A model generated the notes under the pieces. The model was given only the letters and a program-made list of their open reading frames with translations, did no database searches and had not been told where the DNA came from. A stretch of DNA of 64,000 nucleotides from Felis catus (taxonomy: Eukaryota). Within the stretch, counting starts at the first letter, position 1. Each line of letters opens with the position of its first letter. This document shows positions 40,421 to 54,068 of this stretch, piece after piece. The translations under genes were made by a program, and so were the position numbers. The stretch lies in the NCBI RefSeq assembly GCF_018350175.1, contig NC_058368.1:145578001-145642000 (forward strand). The letters run 5' to 3'.

Positions 40421-41273
40421 TAGAGAGTCACACTCCCCTATACAGAGCAAGAAGTACTACTCTGGTATTTTGCTAATGAACTGATGTAACTTGGGTTTTG
40501 TATATTTGCATTTCAAGCTACTGAATTTGATTAAATACTTGAATTAGTTGATTTTCTAGTTATGGTTGCCTAGATAGTCAGGCTCTGGGAGTCACAACCA
40601 TGTGCACAAAGTGAGAATTAATTATGTGACATTTTTGCTGGGCTTATTCATTACTCTATACATCTTATTGAGCATCATCTTGGACCAGCAGCACCTTAGA
40701 CTCTAGGTGTATCAGTTAATTAGATGCAGTCCCTGCTGCCATGGAGCAGGCCTTCTGGTGAAGAAACACACCAAAGATAGGTAACACGAAAGTAAATATC
40801 TCAGTACAAATGTGATATATGTTATGATGAGGGTGAACAGAATGCAGGGAGGGTTAGGAGGGGATGAGGTAATCTCCACAGAAGGAACAATATGTACAGT
40901 CACTGAGGTGTAAAAATGTTGGCATGTGGAGGGTGTTGAAAAAAGCTGAATCTAAGCCAGTGTCCTAGAGCATGGTCGGGAGAAAGGTTAGCATAAAATG
41001 AAGCAAGAGAGACCAGCAAGGGCCAGGCCATGCAAGACTGTAGGAGGTGGATGGATTTAGATTTTGTATCAGTTTGCAAACTTAGCAAAGACTACTATAA
41101 TTGATTTGAACATTTGACTAAAGTGATTTTTGGTTTAAGAGCATTTGGATGAATAGAAACTGTGGTCTGGCAAATGCTCGATGTTCCTTCAGGCAAATAT
41201 TAGAATGCGTTTTGTTTTGGATTATCTTTAGGATCCAAAACTGCGTTTTGTTTTGGATTATCTTTAGGATGTA

Positions 41274-41603
41274 TGTATAGTGAACAGCCTTGATAGGTAG
41301 AAATAGTGTCTTCCTCTTAGAAAGGGCAGGTTTACTTACAGCCTTGGAAACTCAGGATTTGTACCATGAAATGAAACCCATTGTGTGTACAAACGTCCAT
41401 GTGGGCCTAGATGTATTGCTCTATGGGCAAGGGGTATTGTCACAATATACTGATGCTTATGCTCCTTGCTATGTGGTGAGTAATAAACTTCTTTGTCTCT
41501 GGCCCTGGAGTCTTGTGTCTTCTGCCAGAATCCTTGAAACTAACAAGCTGACTTGTTAGCTTATCAGTTGGGTAAAATGTCAGACCCTTCACAGTTCTGG
41601 ACA
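41274..41603 (+). mobile_element. MER34/MER39-like LTR
   Basis: gtgagtaataaacttctttgtctctggccc...cagacccttcacagttctggaca 3' end. Confidence 0.65.
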
Positions 41604-42149
41604 AGGACCCTTCAGCCATATCAGCGGGAAGGTACAATGCCAAGCAGGTGATATCTTAGTGCCTTGCAGCCTGCAAATTATCACATTAACATTTTTATCA
41701 TTGCTTTTCTAAAGTTACAGATGAGCTATTCTCTGACAATCACATCTTAAGTGTGACTTCTATTTTAAAATACATGTGTGAAACCTACTAGCTACTAATT
41801 ACTCTACCTTAAATAGTCTTCACCAAGTGGAGGAAATTTTCAACAACAGAAGGAATGCTGTGTTAAAAATTTAGGAATCAAGACATAAAATATATTGAAA
41901 TGAAACTTGATTTAAAAATAAAAATTGTGTATACATTTCTGCACCTGAAAATATAACTGGAAATATAACTTACATGGTAAGCACCAAGGAGGTAACACTA
42001 TGGTCTCTGAGTGTTAACTGAACCATTATTATCACAGTACAGGGGTCTTCATGGACTTGGCCTCTTACCTTCCCCTGACCAGGGATCTGAGGAGCACTGG
42101 GATCAGACCCTACTGCTGCTGCCATGGGAGACTATGAGCTATTGCTCTG

Positions 42150-42830
42150 GCAGCTGGAGGCAATGTATTACATTTGCACTGGCCAGTACGATCACCGTTA
42201 GCCACATGTGGTTACTAACCACTGGAAATTTTGGTTAGTTCGAATTGAGATGTGTATAAATGTAAATTGTATACCAGGTTTCAGACTTAGAGCAGAAAAG
42301 GAAGGTAAAATATCTTATTAATTTTTATGTTTGAAATAGTATTATAGATATATTAGGCTAAAGAAAATATATTATTAAAATGAACCTCACCTGTTTGTGC
42401 TTCTTTCAGTGTGGCTACTAGAAAATTTTAAATTATATACATAGCTCTCATTATATTTCTGTTGAACAGTGCTATTCTAGGTCCTTGCTCCTCACAGACA
42501 AGCAGCATCAGCATCATGTGGAAACTTGTTAGAAACAAAGAAGCTCATGCCCCACCCCAGACTGGATCAGAATTTGCATTTTAACAAAATCTCATGTGAT
42601 TTGTATGCATGTTCAGAGTTGAGTAGCAGAGCCCTAAGACTAGGATTGCCTGATTTAGCAAATAAAAATACAAGATGTCCAGTTAAATTTAATTTCAGAT
42701 AAACAACAAATGATTTTTTAATACAGCATATCCAAATATTGCATGGAACATACTTATTAAAATTATTTATTGTTTATTTGAAATTCACCTGTTACCGGGT
42801 GTCCTATGTATTATTTGGCCAGCCTGCCTA
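42150..42830. mobile_element. Three abutting hAT MITEs (MER33-like, MER5A-like, MER53-like)
   Basis: agccacatgtggttact...gtggctactagaaaattt; cagcatcagcatca...aatttgcattttaacaa; taggattgcc.gatttagcaaataaaaataca...ttggccagcct. Confidence 0.7.
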
Positions 42831-43456
42831 CGACTAAACTCCTCCTGTCTAGGCCCATCTTACTACCAGAAATTCCACAAAATCAGGAAAAAGACAGGAA
42901 GGTGAAAGGAGAGGTAGGGAGTGGAAGTTGGGCAGAGTGAAAGAACAGAGAAGAAAAGGAAATATGGGAAGTAGAAATAAGATGAGCATGGAAAGGACAC
43001 ATTGATGGTGATGACCTCTTCTGTTTTATAATATTTCTTAGCATCTTCCTTATTTCTCCATCCCCCTCCCCCATCCCTAGTTGTGTGTTCATCTCCTCTT
43101 CACTTCTCTGTAGGGCTTCCTAGAGCCATGTTAGAGGATGGTGTGTGTACAAAGTACATGTCCTCAGGGTCAAGTCCCCAACTTTCCTATAATCCATCAT
43201 CCCTGAAGTGTCACTTAAAATATGATGCCTTTCAGCTACCAGTACTTTGCCATTAAAGTGATCATGGTTCTTAAGTGCCGAAAATGCTGACATGTTCATT
43301 TTGGAAGATTTTCTTTATTGTGGCATTTTAATTGTATTTTTTAAAATGTAAAACGACTCTTAGGGATTTTGTTCTTTGGTTTGTGTTTTTGCATGTTTTT
43401 TAGGTGGCAAGGAAGTGGAAGTGGAGGCTGGCAAGGAAAGAATAACCATAGATATT

Positions 43457-43521
43457 CTTTTTTTTTTTTTAATTTTAGAGAAAGAGAGAGAGAGGGAGAG
43501 AGCGGGCAAGTTGGGAAGAGG

Positions 43522-43577
<56 letters not shown>

Positions 43578-43672
43578 TCAAGCTCCTAGGCAGGGCTCAA
43601 TCCCATGACTCTGGGATCATGACCTGAGCTGAAATCAAGAGTTAGATGCTCAACTGACTGCACCAGGCACCT
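43457..43672 (-). mobile_element. CAN-SINE with long (GA)n
   Basis: TSD tagatattct on both sides. Confidence 0.88.
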
Positions 43673-43739
43673 CTAGATATTCTCTATTTAGCCAGGCATT
43701 GAAGTAAGGAAAGGCTTTCATCTATTGTATTATTTATTT

Positions 43740-44930
43740 AAAATTTTATTTTATTGTAGTAAGAACATTTAACGTGAGATCCACCCTCTTAACAAGTTTT
43801 CAAAGTGTATAATACAGTATTGTTAACTATAGGTATAATCTTATACAGCAGATCTCTAGAATTTATGAATCTTGCTTAACTGAAACTTTATGCCTGTTGA
43901 TTAGCAACTACCTATTTCTTCCTCCTCAACCTCCAGCCCCTGGTAACTACCATTCAGTCTTTGCTTTCTATGAATTTGCCTGTTCTAGAACCCTCATGAA
44001 AATGGAATCATGTAGTATTTGTGACTGGCTTCTTTCACTTATAATAATGTCCTCAAAGTTCATCCATGTTGTCACATATTACAGAATTTCCTTTTTTTAA
44101 AGGCTGCATAATATTCTGTTGTTTGTATATACTCCATATTCCTTATCCATTCAGCCATTAGCAGATACTTTGGTTGTTTCCACATCCTGACAGGCATTAA
44201 GTCATATCTCTTTGTGGTTTTGATTTGCATTTCCCTGATGATTAGTGACATTGAGCACCTTTTTATATGATGTTGGCCATCTGTATGTCATCTTTGGAGA
44301 ACTGTCTATTCAAGCCCATTTTTAGATTGGGTTATTTGTGTTGTTTCCACTATTGAGTTGTAAGAGTACCTCAAATATTTTGGAAAGTAATGATTTATCA
44401 GATATATGTTTTGCAAATATCTTCTCCCATTCTGTGGGTTGCCTTTCACTCTGTTGATGGTTTCCTTTGCTATACAGAAGATTTTTATTCTGATATAGTT
44501 CTGCTTGTCTATTTTTGCTTTCATTGTCTGTGCTTTGGTATCATATCCATGAAATCATTGCCAAGACCAGTGTCATGAAGATTTGCCCTGTGGTTTCATC
44601 TAGGTTTTAAGTCTTTAATCTGTTGTGAGTTGATTTTTCTGTCTGGTGTGAAATCAGGCTCTGATTTCATTTTTTGCATGTGGATATCCAGTTTTCCCAG
44701 CACCATTTGTCCTTTTCCCATTGTGTGTTCTTGGCACCCTTGCTGAAGAGCAGTTAACTGTATGTGTGAATCTGTTTCTAGGTGCTGTATTCTGTTCTGT
44801 TGGTCTTTATGTCAGTTTCTAATGGCAGTACTGTACCATTTTAATTACTGTAGCTTTGCAATGTATTTTTAAATAGGAAGTGTGATACATCCAGCTTTGT
44901 TCTTTCCCATGATAGATTTGGCTTTTTAGG
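43740..44930 (-). mobile_element. L1M 3' fragment
   Basis: IFCIAKETINRVKG ORF2 remnant and a typical L1 3'UTR. Confidence 0.8.
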
Positions 44931-45558
44931 ACCTCAGTATATCTTCACAACAATTTTTTGAGTTAAGTACTTTTGTCCCCACTCAGCAGATGAGGAAACT
45001 GGAGCTGGGAATGCACTTGAGGGCTGTCTGACTCCAAAGTCAGTGCTCTTTACCATTACCTTCCATATCTCTCAGCACATGGAGAATCATGAATTTAACA
45101 GTACACTGTGAACTAGGACACGTGTAAAATTAGATAAGTTTCAGAGATTTTTACTCACTTATACACCTGAAAAATACATGTAATAATGTATATCTTATAG
45201 ATTTTTGAGGGCAATTTAATAGCTACCTGAAAAGCAATATGAGATTCTTATTAAGAGTTAGAGTATCAAAGCAATGCCAGTTTCTGAAAAGAGGTTAATT
45301 GAAAATCTGCTCCCCATTAATTTTTCATGAAAAAGCAAACATCTTAAATAGACCCACTGATTTCACTCTATACTCTAAATTAAGCAGTATCAGGACCCTC
45401 CCTCCACCCTCTCCCCCACATAATACATCCTGGGAATATGGTTTTTTTATTGGTTGAATATGTTGTCAGTCACAAGGCATGGAAAGTACTGCCTCTGCCC
45501 TGTTTGCATTTATGAATTAGGAGATGTGCTTGGTTAGAAGAAACTGATTAATTTCTTG

Positions 45559-45653
45559 ATGGGAAGAAAAATCTTGTTTAGTTTTTCACTCATTTTTTTA
45601 TGTATGGGATTTTCTCTAACTTGTGACCAGATACTTGCCAGGAAGAATGTAAG
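45559..45653 (+). CDS. ATP6AP1L: ATP6AP1L first coding exon (signal peptide)
   Basis: ATG with in-frame upstream TAG (45535); MGRKILFSFSLIFLCMGFSLTCDQILARKNV has a basic n-region and hydrophobic h-region; strong donor AAG|gtgagt, phase 2. Confidence 0.75.
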
Positions 45654-48234
45654 GTGAGTAATTGCACATTTTTAAATTCAGTGCATCTGTTAACTTCGAT
45701 GCAAGTGTGGAACTAGATGGTTCTGTAATTTCTTTTTATTGTTGCATAGCTATATTTGTTTATAATTGAAATTGGATATATTAGATCATTCAGTAGCTAA
45801 TAAAATCATTGAACCAGAGTTTATAAATAAGAGATGAAAATATAATCTTTATTATAAGAGGCAAGAATTATTCAAAATGCACAAGAAATATTTGTATTGT
45901 GTATCAAAGTATGTATCTATGAGAAAATGACTCAAATCAGTGTTCAGGTTTCTTTTACACTTACAAGTAAATGTTGATTTCGTGGTTTTCTCCTGCCATT
46001 ATTATGAGAGAATAGAACAAGGGAGAATTTAAAAACCTCAGAAATATATAACCTGTCCTTCAAAGAAAAGGTGTTGAATCATTTTAGCTGGTAGGAGATG
46101 GTAATTGTTTAGATTACATACCGTTTAAAATTAACAAGCAAAATTTCTATTTCTGTTTCCTTTGTCCCTTTGGCTCTTTCCATACCATATAAGGGAAACT
46201 ATAGAGATTTATATATAAGGGAGAATATTCAGAATCTGAACAGCAGTTAACTTATGTCATATCTCCTAATTACTTATTATGTGCCATCCCAACAAATACA
46301 TCAGGGAATTTAGTGTGAACTGCCACGCAGGGTGGTCTGCCAGAACTTGTGTTAAAGAATCTTTGTCACCAGCTAATAAAAACTAGAAGTACAGGCATTT
46401 TCTGTTTGTTTTCCCCATTGTTTGTAAATCAGTGCTTTAAGTTCATTTTCAAATAATAGGTGATCTGTACTCCTTAGATTGTTAAAGCTTAGTAATGTTT
46501 CCTTACCTTGTTTATACAGAAATGACTGATTTCTATATTACACTGGTAATATGTACAGCAAGTACTATGAAGTCCCAATTCTGTTTCTGAAGCAAATTTA
46601 TTAGGTTTAAATAATCTTAGCTTCAGAAGGGATCCTAGAAATCACATTAATCAATGATCATTTGAATCTAAAAATACAGCATATTAATTCATTATGAAAG
46701 AAACAACACTTGCTGTTTTATGAATGTCTTTCAAATCATGGATCTGAAATTTAAAATACCTTTCAGTCCTATGGGTCAATTCAAGGTTCTTACATCTCTA
46801 GGAAGGTTGATTGTATTTTAAGCTTAGTACTTGTTTCCTGAGCTTAAGAGAGACTAGGAGTCACTACTCTTCCCTTACATATCGCTTCCTCAAATTGGGT
46901 TTAAGCAATTCCTTGAACAAAAAGGAAATATTTTTCTTTTCACATAGCTTCCTGTGTGATCTCCTATTTTCCCCTTCCCTGTCAGACTTTGTTCATTCAT
47001 CAATCTGTTAGTTTATTGATATATGTAACACATATATTTTTAACACTTGGTGCTTTTAAATAGCTAGGCACTGTGCCAGGTTCTGGGTCTACAGTGGTGG
47101 GTAAAACAGATAGAGCCCCTGCCTTCATGGAGCTTTAAGTCTAGCGGGGAGGTTCTCTCACTAATCAAATGTGAGTCATGTTGTGAAAGAAAAGTATGGG
47201 AGGCAATGAGCACATATAAATAGGGGGATCTGAACTGCTCTGAGATGGTAAGAATAGTGTTCTTAAGGAAGTGACATTTAAGCTGTGATCTGCAGTATGT
47301 GGAGGATACTACCAGGAGGTAGGGGGAAGGGGAGGATAGAGAACATTTCAGGTAGAGGGAATAACAAGGCTAAAACTTTTATGAGAGAAGAAAGGAAGAT
47401 GAAGCATTCAAGGAACTCAACAAAAGAAAGCTAGTCTGGCTAGAACAGTCAGGGGAATAGGTCAAATGAGGGGAGCACAGTTAGCAGGTCTTTCAGGGCC
47501 TTAGAGGTCATGGTGGGAATGTGGTCTTCATCCTGAATAGAACCATGGTGGGGCTGCTTCACCTTCACTTTCATGAAGGCATTCTTGGCAGCCTCATGAT
47601 GGACTACCTGCTGTATCAAAAATATGGCACCAGCCACTCACCACAAACTTAGGGCTCTTGATTACTTTTCAAAGGTATTGCAGAGATCTCTTTTACTGGA
47701 CAAGGATCTGAATATTTTAGAGACAGTGTAGGTTTTTTATTTTTTTTTATTTTTTAAATTTCTTTTTAACCAGCATTTCTCAATTTATTCACATAGGTAA
47801 CTTTAACCAGTAGTTCTTTAGCTCTTATTTTAGTTAAGAGATTATGTAGTGATGTGAAAATGCATGTAGATTTTATCTTTAGTTGAGATTATGGTATCCC
47901 ATAAATCCTGATTAATTTAGTCTTATGGGTATGGGAAAGGCATATCTAAATTACAGTCATTTAAAAAAAGAAGTATAGCAGTGTTATTGTATATTCACGA
48001 CCATAGATTCATTGAAATGAAAATAAGCCTGTGTTGTCTTCTAAAAGTTTTTCATTTGCGAACACATGGAAATTCTTAATGAGTAGAGCAAAGTGTCAAG
48101 CCAAGCATATTATCAGTATGGTAGCTTATCCATTCATCTATCCATCCATCCATGCATTCCTTCCTTCCTTCATTCATATACTTTTATTCAGGAATATTAA
48201 ACTGTTTTGCAAACCAGACACTGTATTTACAAAT

Positions 48235-49008
48235 TGTTAGGCAGTTAGTTAGGCATGAGCTAGGAGAGGTAAAGCAGATGCTGGCCACACCTTCTGAGCC
48301 ACCCCTGAGGGTTAACACCAAATTCAGAGCCAAGTCTAAGGGCTAAACACAACAGCAAAGGCCTAGCCACAGTGCTGGCTCAAAAGCCATAAGGGGACTT
48401 TGAAGCGCTGAGAATGAGCACAAAAGGTGTAACTTGCCCCTTAGAACTTTAAAGTCAGAACAAAAACTCGTTACACACTCATAAATATACAATACATAAA
48501 TAAGTACAATTATCACAGCATGTATCATGGGTAGGGGCATGTGCAGAAGCCAAAATATGATATAACCACCAGCTGTCAATCAAAAATGTCAATCATGAGT
48601 ACCTGAATGGCTCAGTTTGTTGAGCCTTGGACTTCGGCTCAGGTCCTGATCTCATGGTTTGTGAGTTCGAAGCCCATGTCAGCTCACTGCTGTCAGCATG
48701 GGGTCTGCTTGGGATCTTCTGTCCCCCTGCTCTCTGCCCATCCCCTGCTCTCTCCCATTCTCTATCTCAAAAATAAACATTTTTTTAAAGTGTCAATCAA
48801 AGCCAAACTTACATGTGCAGAAAGCAGGCTTAAAAGGATGCAGCTAGAGCTTCTTGGTGCCATTGCCAGCCTTGCTCCGGCTCTGGTCCGCTTTCACTCT
48901 TGAAAGCGTACTATACGGATCTCCTCAGTAAACTCTATCTCCCCAGTCTGGTCTTGGGTCTCCAGTTCTTTGATGCATCTGGGACGAGAACCGAGTGACC
49001 TGGTAACA
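48235..49008 (+). mobile_element. ERV solo LTR interrupted by a CAN-SINE
   Basis: TGTTAG...TAACA inverted termini; AGTAAA near 48927; SINE at 48597-48788 flanked by aaa(a/g)tgtcaatca. Confidence 0.7.
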
Positions 49009-50563
49009 ATGACTTAATACATTTTTATCTCATTTAGGTAAACTATATCTCAGAATTTTCAGTTTTTGTTCGTTAAGACATTTTAAGATTGAGTACTTAA
49101 CCCTGTATCATGATATATGATTTTTTGATCAATGAGATTCAAGTTAAATTTTAAAGTCTGTTTGTGTATGATGATGTTATTGGAAAGCTTGAAGCTCTTT
49201 AAGCAGTATTGCCTGGGTATTAGTGTTTCTTTCACATATTCAGTTACTTTGTAACTTTCACTACAGAGTTTGGAGTTTAGGTAAGATAGCGATCTTTTAG
49301 CTAAAGCACATCTCTATTGTGGTTACATGATTACTGATTGGAAAATTAAAGTAAATTTACAGGAAATTAAATTTCTTAATGGTCCTAGGTGTAATTGGGC
49401 TCAGAGGACTGATTCATGCTAACCCTACTCAAATGAGAGTTACTATAAATCAGAATACAAGTTTATAAATTTTTAAAGGAAGGCATCTTTTTAAAAAGAC
49501 TAAATTAGACAAATTTAGTCAGTTTATCTTTAGTACAAACAACTCCAGCTTTCCAGAATCTCATGATCTCAAACATTTATTTCTCACTCATATTACATGT
49601 TGATAGCTACAGGTGGGCTGTCATAGCCCTGCTCTAGCTGTTTCCCATGTCTTGTCATTCCAAGACCTAGATTGAAAGAGCACCCCTATTTGGGCATGCC
49701 ATTGTCATGGCAGAGGGAAAAGGGCAAGAGGTGGCAGACACATGCAATACCTCTGAAAATTTCTAGAGAACTGGCACACTGTTGCTTCCATTCATATGCC
49801 ACTGTCTCAACCAAGATGCATAGCCAAGACTTAACTCTGGGGCAGGGAATCTTCTCCACCTACAGGGAGGTGCTGCAAGGTATATGGCCAAGGGCAGGGA
49901 TATATACATCTCTGGCATTGTTTCCAGGGAGTTGGGAACAATCATACACTCCACCATACTACCACAGTATTAAAATATGCATAGCGGATTTCTCAAATAA
50001 TACATTTTAGACATTATCTAACAACCTCCAATTACTATTGACAAAGTTTTAGTCTCCAACACTTCCTCACCTTTCTTTCTTTATCCCCTCCAGCCCTCCA
50101 ATATATTATTATTTACATTATTACTTTCATTTAAATCTGTCCATTGGTGGATGCTCAAACAAAATGTGGTATATCCATAAATGAAATATTTCTCAGTAAT
50201 AAAAGGGAATGAAATATTGACATATGTAACATCAATGAATCCCTATCATTGTGTTAAGATTAAAAAAAGCCAAACACTAAAGAATATGTATTATTCTATT
50301 TATAATTTTAGAAAATGCAAACTAATCTAAAGTGACACCAAGTCTTTAGTTTTCCTGTGGCTGAGAATGGAGGGAACATCTCTTTCCTGCAAAAGTGCAT
50401 AGGGAAACTTTTGTGTGATGTAAATATTCTGTACCTTTATTATGGTGGTATGCATATGCTCAAACTTACCGGATTGTACACAATGAGTGAATGTAGTTTA
50501 TTGTACTTAAATTATACCTCAGTAAACTTGATAAAGTGAGAAAAAGTTGTATATATGCATGAA

Positions 50564-50564
50564 T

Positions 50565-50595
<31 letters not shown>

Positions 50596-50809
50596 TTTTT
50601 TAATTTTTAACGTTTATTTATTTCTGAGACAGGGAGAGACAGAGCATGAACAGGGGAGGGGCAGAGAGAGGGAGACACAGAATATGAAGCAGGCTCCAGG
50701 CTCTGAGCTGTCAGCACAGAGCCCGACGCAGGGCTAGAACTCACGGACCGCGAGATCATGACCTGAGCCGAAGTCGGCCGCCCAACTGACTGAGCCACCC
50801 AGGCGCCCC
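50564..50809 (-). mobile_element. Young felid CAN-SINE
   Basis: CpG-rich body; TSD gcatgaattt; (ttta)n tail. Confidence 0.93.
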
Positions 50810-52038
50810 TGCATGAATTTATTAATAGCAATGAGTACATATCATGGTCAGTTATTTGTCCTCTTTAGAAATTCTCATTAGTTAATAGAGACTGTATTAC
50901 CAAGACAATGGTACATTCAGTTTGTAATTGGTTCCGTGTAATTCATTTTAAAGCACTTTACTGTGATACAGATTTAGTAACTCTTTAGCTAAAATTATGT
51001 TTTACATATGGATAATGATATGTAATATATCCCTAATTGTAAATATATTAAGTTTATGTAATATCATATATACATATAGGTCTTAGCAGTCTCTTAAGTA
51101 TAGAGTTTAATCTGCACTCTCCTATACTATAGGTTCAAGTTATGAAAAATTTAAAATATGCAATAAACTAAAATTTTTTATAACATTTATGACACAATTA
51201 GAGATTTAAGCAATTGACATATTTAATGTTAAAGAATTATTGATATTTTCTAGATATAACTGGACTATTATTTTTAAAAGTCCTTATCTTTTAGACATCC
51301 ATACTTAAGTCAAATAATTTTTGGTATTTTCTTCAAAATAATACCACAGAGGAGAAGTAGGTGAACTCATAAGTGAAAAAAGATTGCTTATGACTTGATA
51401 ATTATTAAAGCTGGATGTTGGGTACAAGTACATGCAGGTGGGAAGAGGACTTCTGTTTTTGTGTTTGTATGTGTGTGCTCTCAATATTCCATGATTATAT
51501 TTATGTGTGTTTATAATATTCCATGTTAGAAAGATGTGTAGATTTTCTAAGTTAGCAATTTCACTTCTAGGAATTTATCTTAAGGAACTTCTTGGGGATA
51601 TGAACAAACAATCTATAATAATGTTCAGTGTAATACTGTTTATTAATTGGAAACAATCTAAATACTTAAAGGAATTTGGTCAAATAAATTGATACATTTG
51701 TATGATATAAATACTAACATGGAATTCAAAATTATATCAGAAAATCATGATGAGCACTGGGTGATATAGAATTATTCAATCACTATATTGTACATCTGAA
51801 ACTAATATGACCCTATATGTTAGCTAATGGGAAGTAAAATAAAAACTTAAAAATTACATAAGAAAAATATATAATTACATGAGAAAATATTTGTGATATA
51901 CGTTTAAGTGGAAAAAATTTGCACTGTTTTTAAGTATTATAAAAAGTAACATATGTGTTGTGTGTGTGCATCTCTGTGTTTGTGTGTGTGTGTGTACAGT
52001 CAAACAACAGAAGGATATATATTATAATTTATATCCTA

Positions 52039-52503
52039 GGGGTGCCTGGGTGGCTCGGTCAGTTAAGCATTCTACTCTTGATTTCGACTCAAGTCATGAT
52101 CTCATGGTTGGTGGGATCCAGCCCACATCTGGATCTTCTGTGCTGATAGTGTGGAGCCTGCTTGGGATTCCTTCTCTCCCTCTCTCTCTGCCCCTCTCTT
52201 GCATGCGCGCGCTCTCTCTCTGTCTCTCAAAATAAATAACATAAAGTTAAAAAAATTTACATCCTCATAATTTTCAGAAATAGCTTTTTGGCAATTGGGT
52301 CTTTTTTAAATTTTTATTTATTTAAAGTGCTTATTTCATTTGAGAGAGCTAGTGAGTGCGCAAGTGGGGAAGAGGGAGAGAGAACCTCAAATGGGCTCCA
52401 CACTCAGCGTGGATCCTGATATGGAGGTCAATTTCACGAATGATGAGATCATAATGTGAGCCAAAATCAGGAGTCTGACGCCCAAACTCCACTCAGGCAT
52501 TCC
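52039..52503. mobile_element. Two CAN-SINEs, tail to tail (52039-52255 +, about 52303-52503 -)
   Basis: ggggtgcctgggtggctcggtc... followed by a degenerate reverse copy. Confidence 0.85.
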
Positions 52504-52974
52504 AAGTCCATCTTTTTTTTTTTTTTTTAATAAAAATGATTGAATATTTTTGCTTTCATATACTAAGAGTACAGTGAGTATAAAATTTCATGGTAAAATA
52601 TTTTATTATGTTTTATTGTTTGACTATTTGGTTTATTATTTGGTTATTTTTGGTTAAACCTCAGTGTTTAGCACACTGCTTGGCGCATAGTAGGCCTTCA
52701 ATAATAATATTCACTGGATAAGGATTAGGGTTGATATTTATAAATTTAAAAAAATCTGAATTTTTCATGTTTTCTTTGAAGAACATGTATTACTTTTTAA
52801 AATCAGAAATTTGCTATGGAAAAGTAAACAGTTTTGACAGGTACTTTGCCTTCTACTTTGATGTATCATAAACTGAGATAAAACTTCTTAAAACTTCTTA
52901 TAACTTAAAACTTCTTATAAACTTCTTATAAAATCCGAAATTTAGCTATTCAGCATCTTTTTGTTTTTTTCTAG

Positions 52975-53018
52975 TTTCATCTCTCAGACATCTTCAAATA
53001 AAGAAGTGGTTGTAAACG
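52975..53018 (+). CDS. ATP6AP1L: ATP6AP1L coding exon 2
   Basis: ttgtttttttctag|T...AACG|gtaaga, 44 nt, phase 2 in and 1 out; (S)FISQTSSNKEVVVN. Confidence 0.72.
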
Positions 53019-53274
53019 GTAAGATCTGTATTTGTCCTTATGATTCCTTGAAGGGTTGAGGAGAAGGTTATTGTCTGTCATGGGCTTCCCTGAACACTGG
53101 TGATTGGAACAGCAGTCTCTTATGTAAAATCTCTTAAACTAGTATATTCTAAATTATCAGTCAGAAGAGGCTCAAGCCTGGTATATTTCACATGGCTTAG
53201 CATTTTATTGTCATTCGGTTATATTAATAAATAAGTTACATTTAGCCTTTGTATTCGTATCATTTATTTGACAG

Positions 53275-53336
53275 ATCAGCAGAGTAATGGAGATATGAAA
53301 CAAAGCCAGAATTGTACAACAGTACCAATCACACAG
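53275..53336 (+). CDS. ATP6AP1L: ATP6AP1L coding exon 3
   Basis: tttgacag|AT...ACACAG|gtatgg, 62 nt, phase 1 in and 0 out; (D)QQSNGDMKQSQNCTTVPITQ. Confidence 0.72.
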
Positions 53337-53854
53337 GTATGGATATGTTAGGAAACTAGATTGTATCTTAAAAAAAAAAAAATTAAACACGTTTCAATCA
53401 GGTCGGGGCCACTGTGAAAATATAAATAATAATTCTGTTAATAACTAACATTCTTGCTTAAGCTTTGGGTGGGGGAATGCATTACAATAGTCTTATGGTA
53501 AAGAAAAAAACTAAAGTTTTACTTGCTCTTGTATATTTTCATTAAAATATTCAGCTTTACTTTTGTTACTTTCTAGGCAGGATCACTATAGTAACGGTTT
53601 ATCTTTGGTTACTAGTAAGCTTGGATTGCTGCTGCCTCTTTAATTTCTCTTTTATCTGTACTTATCCTGGAGTAATTGGTATGAAATAGTTGATGTAGAT
53701 AAGTAGATCTTTCAGATATAGACCTGCCTTTGTGACTTCCAGGGTCAAGTACCAAAGTGCTTTGTCTTGAGCTTCCTAGAAATCAGCAAGGGTTTCATAA
53801 AATGAAGACTGATATTAGAATACCCTGTTAGTTTATGTATATTAAATGATCTGG

Positions 53855-54068
53855 AGCTGCACTGTCCTAAGCAGTAGCCAGTAGCCACGTGTGGCTATTT
53901 AAATTTCAACTCAAATGAAATAATGTTAAGTAAAATTAAAAATTAATGTCCTCAGTTGCACTGGCCACATTTGGTGCCGTAAGAGCTACATATAGCTAGG
54001 GCCTGCTCCGCTGGACACTGCAGATATTAAACATATCCAGTATTGCAGAATGTTCTATTGGGCACTAA
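53855..54068. mobile_element. MER3-like hAT MITE
   Basis: gcactgtcc...agtagccagtagccacgtgtggctattta...gttctattgggca. Confidence 0.7.
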
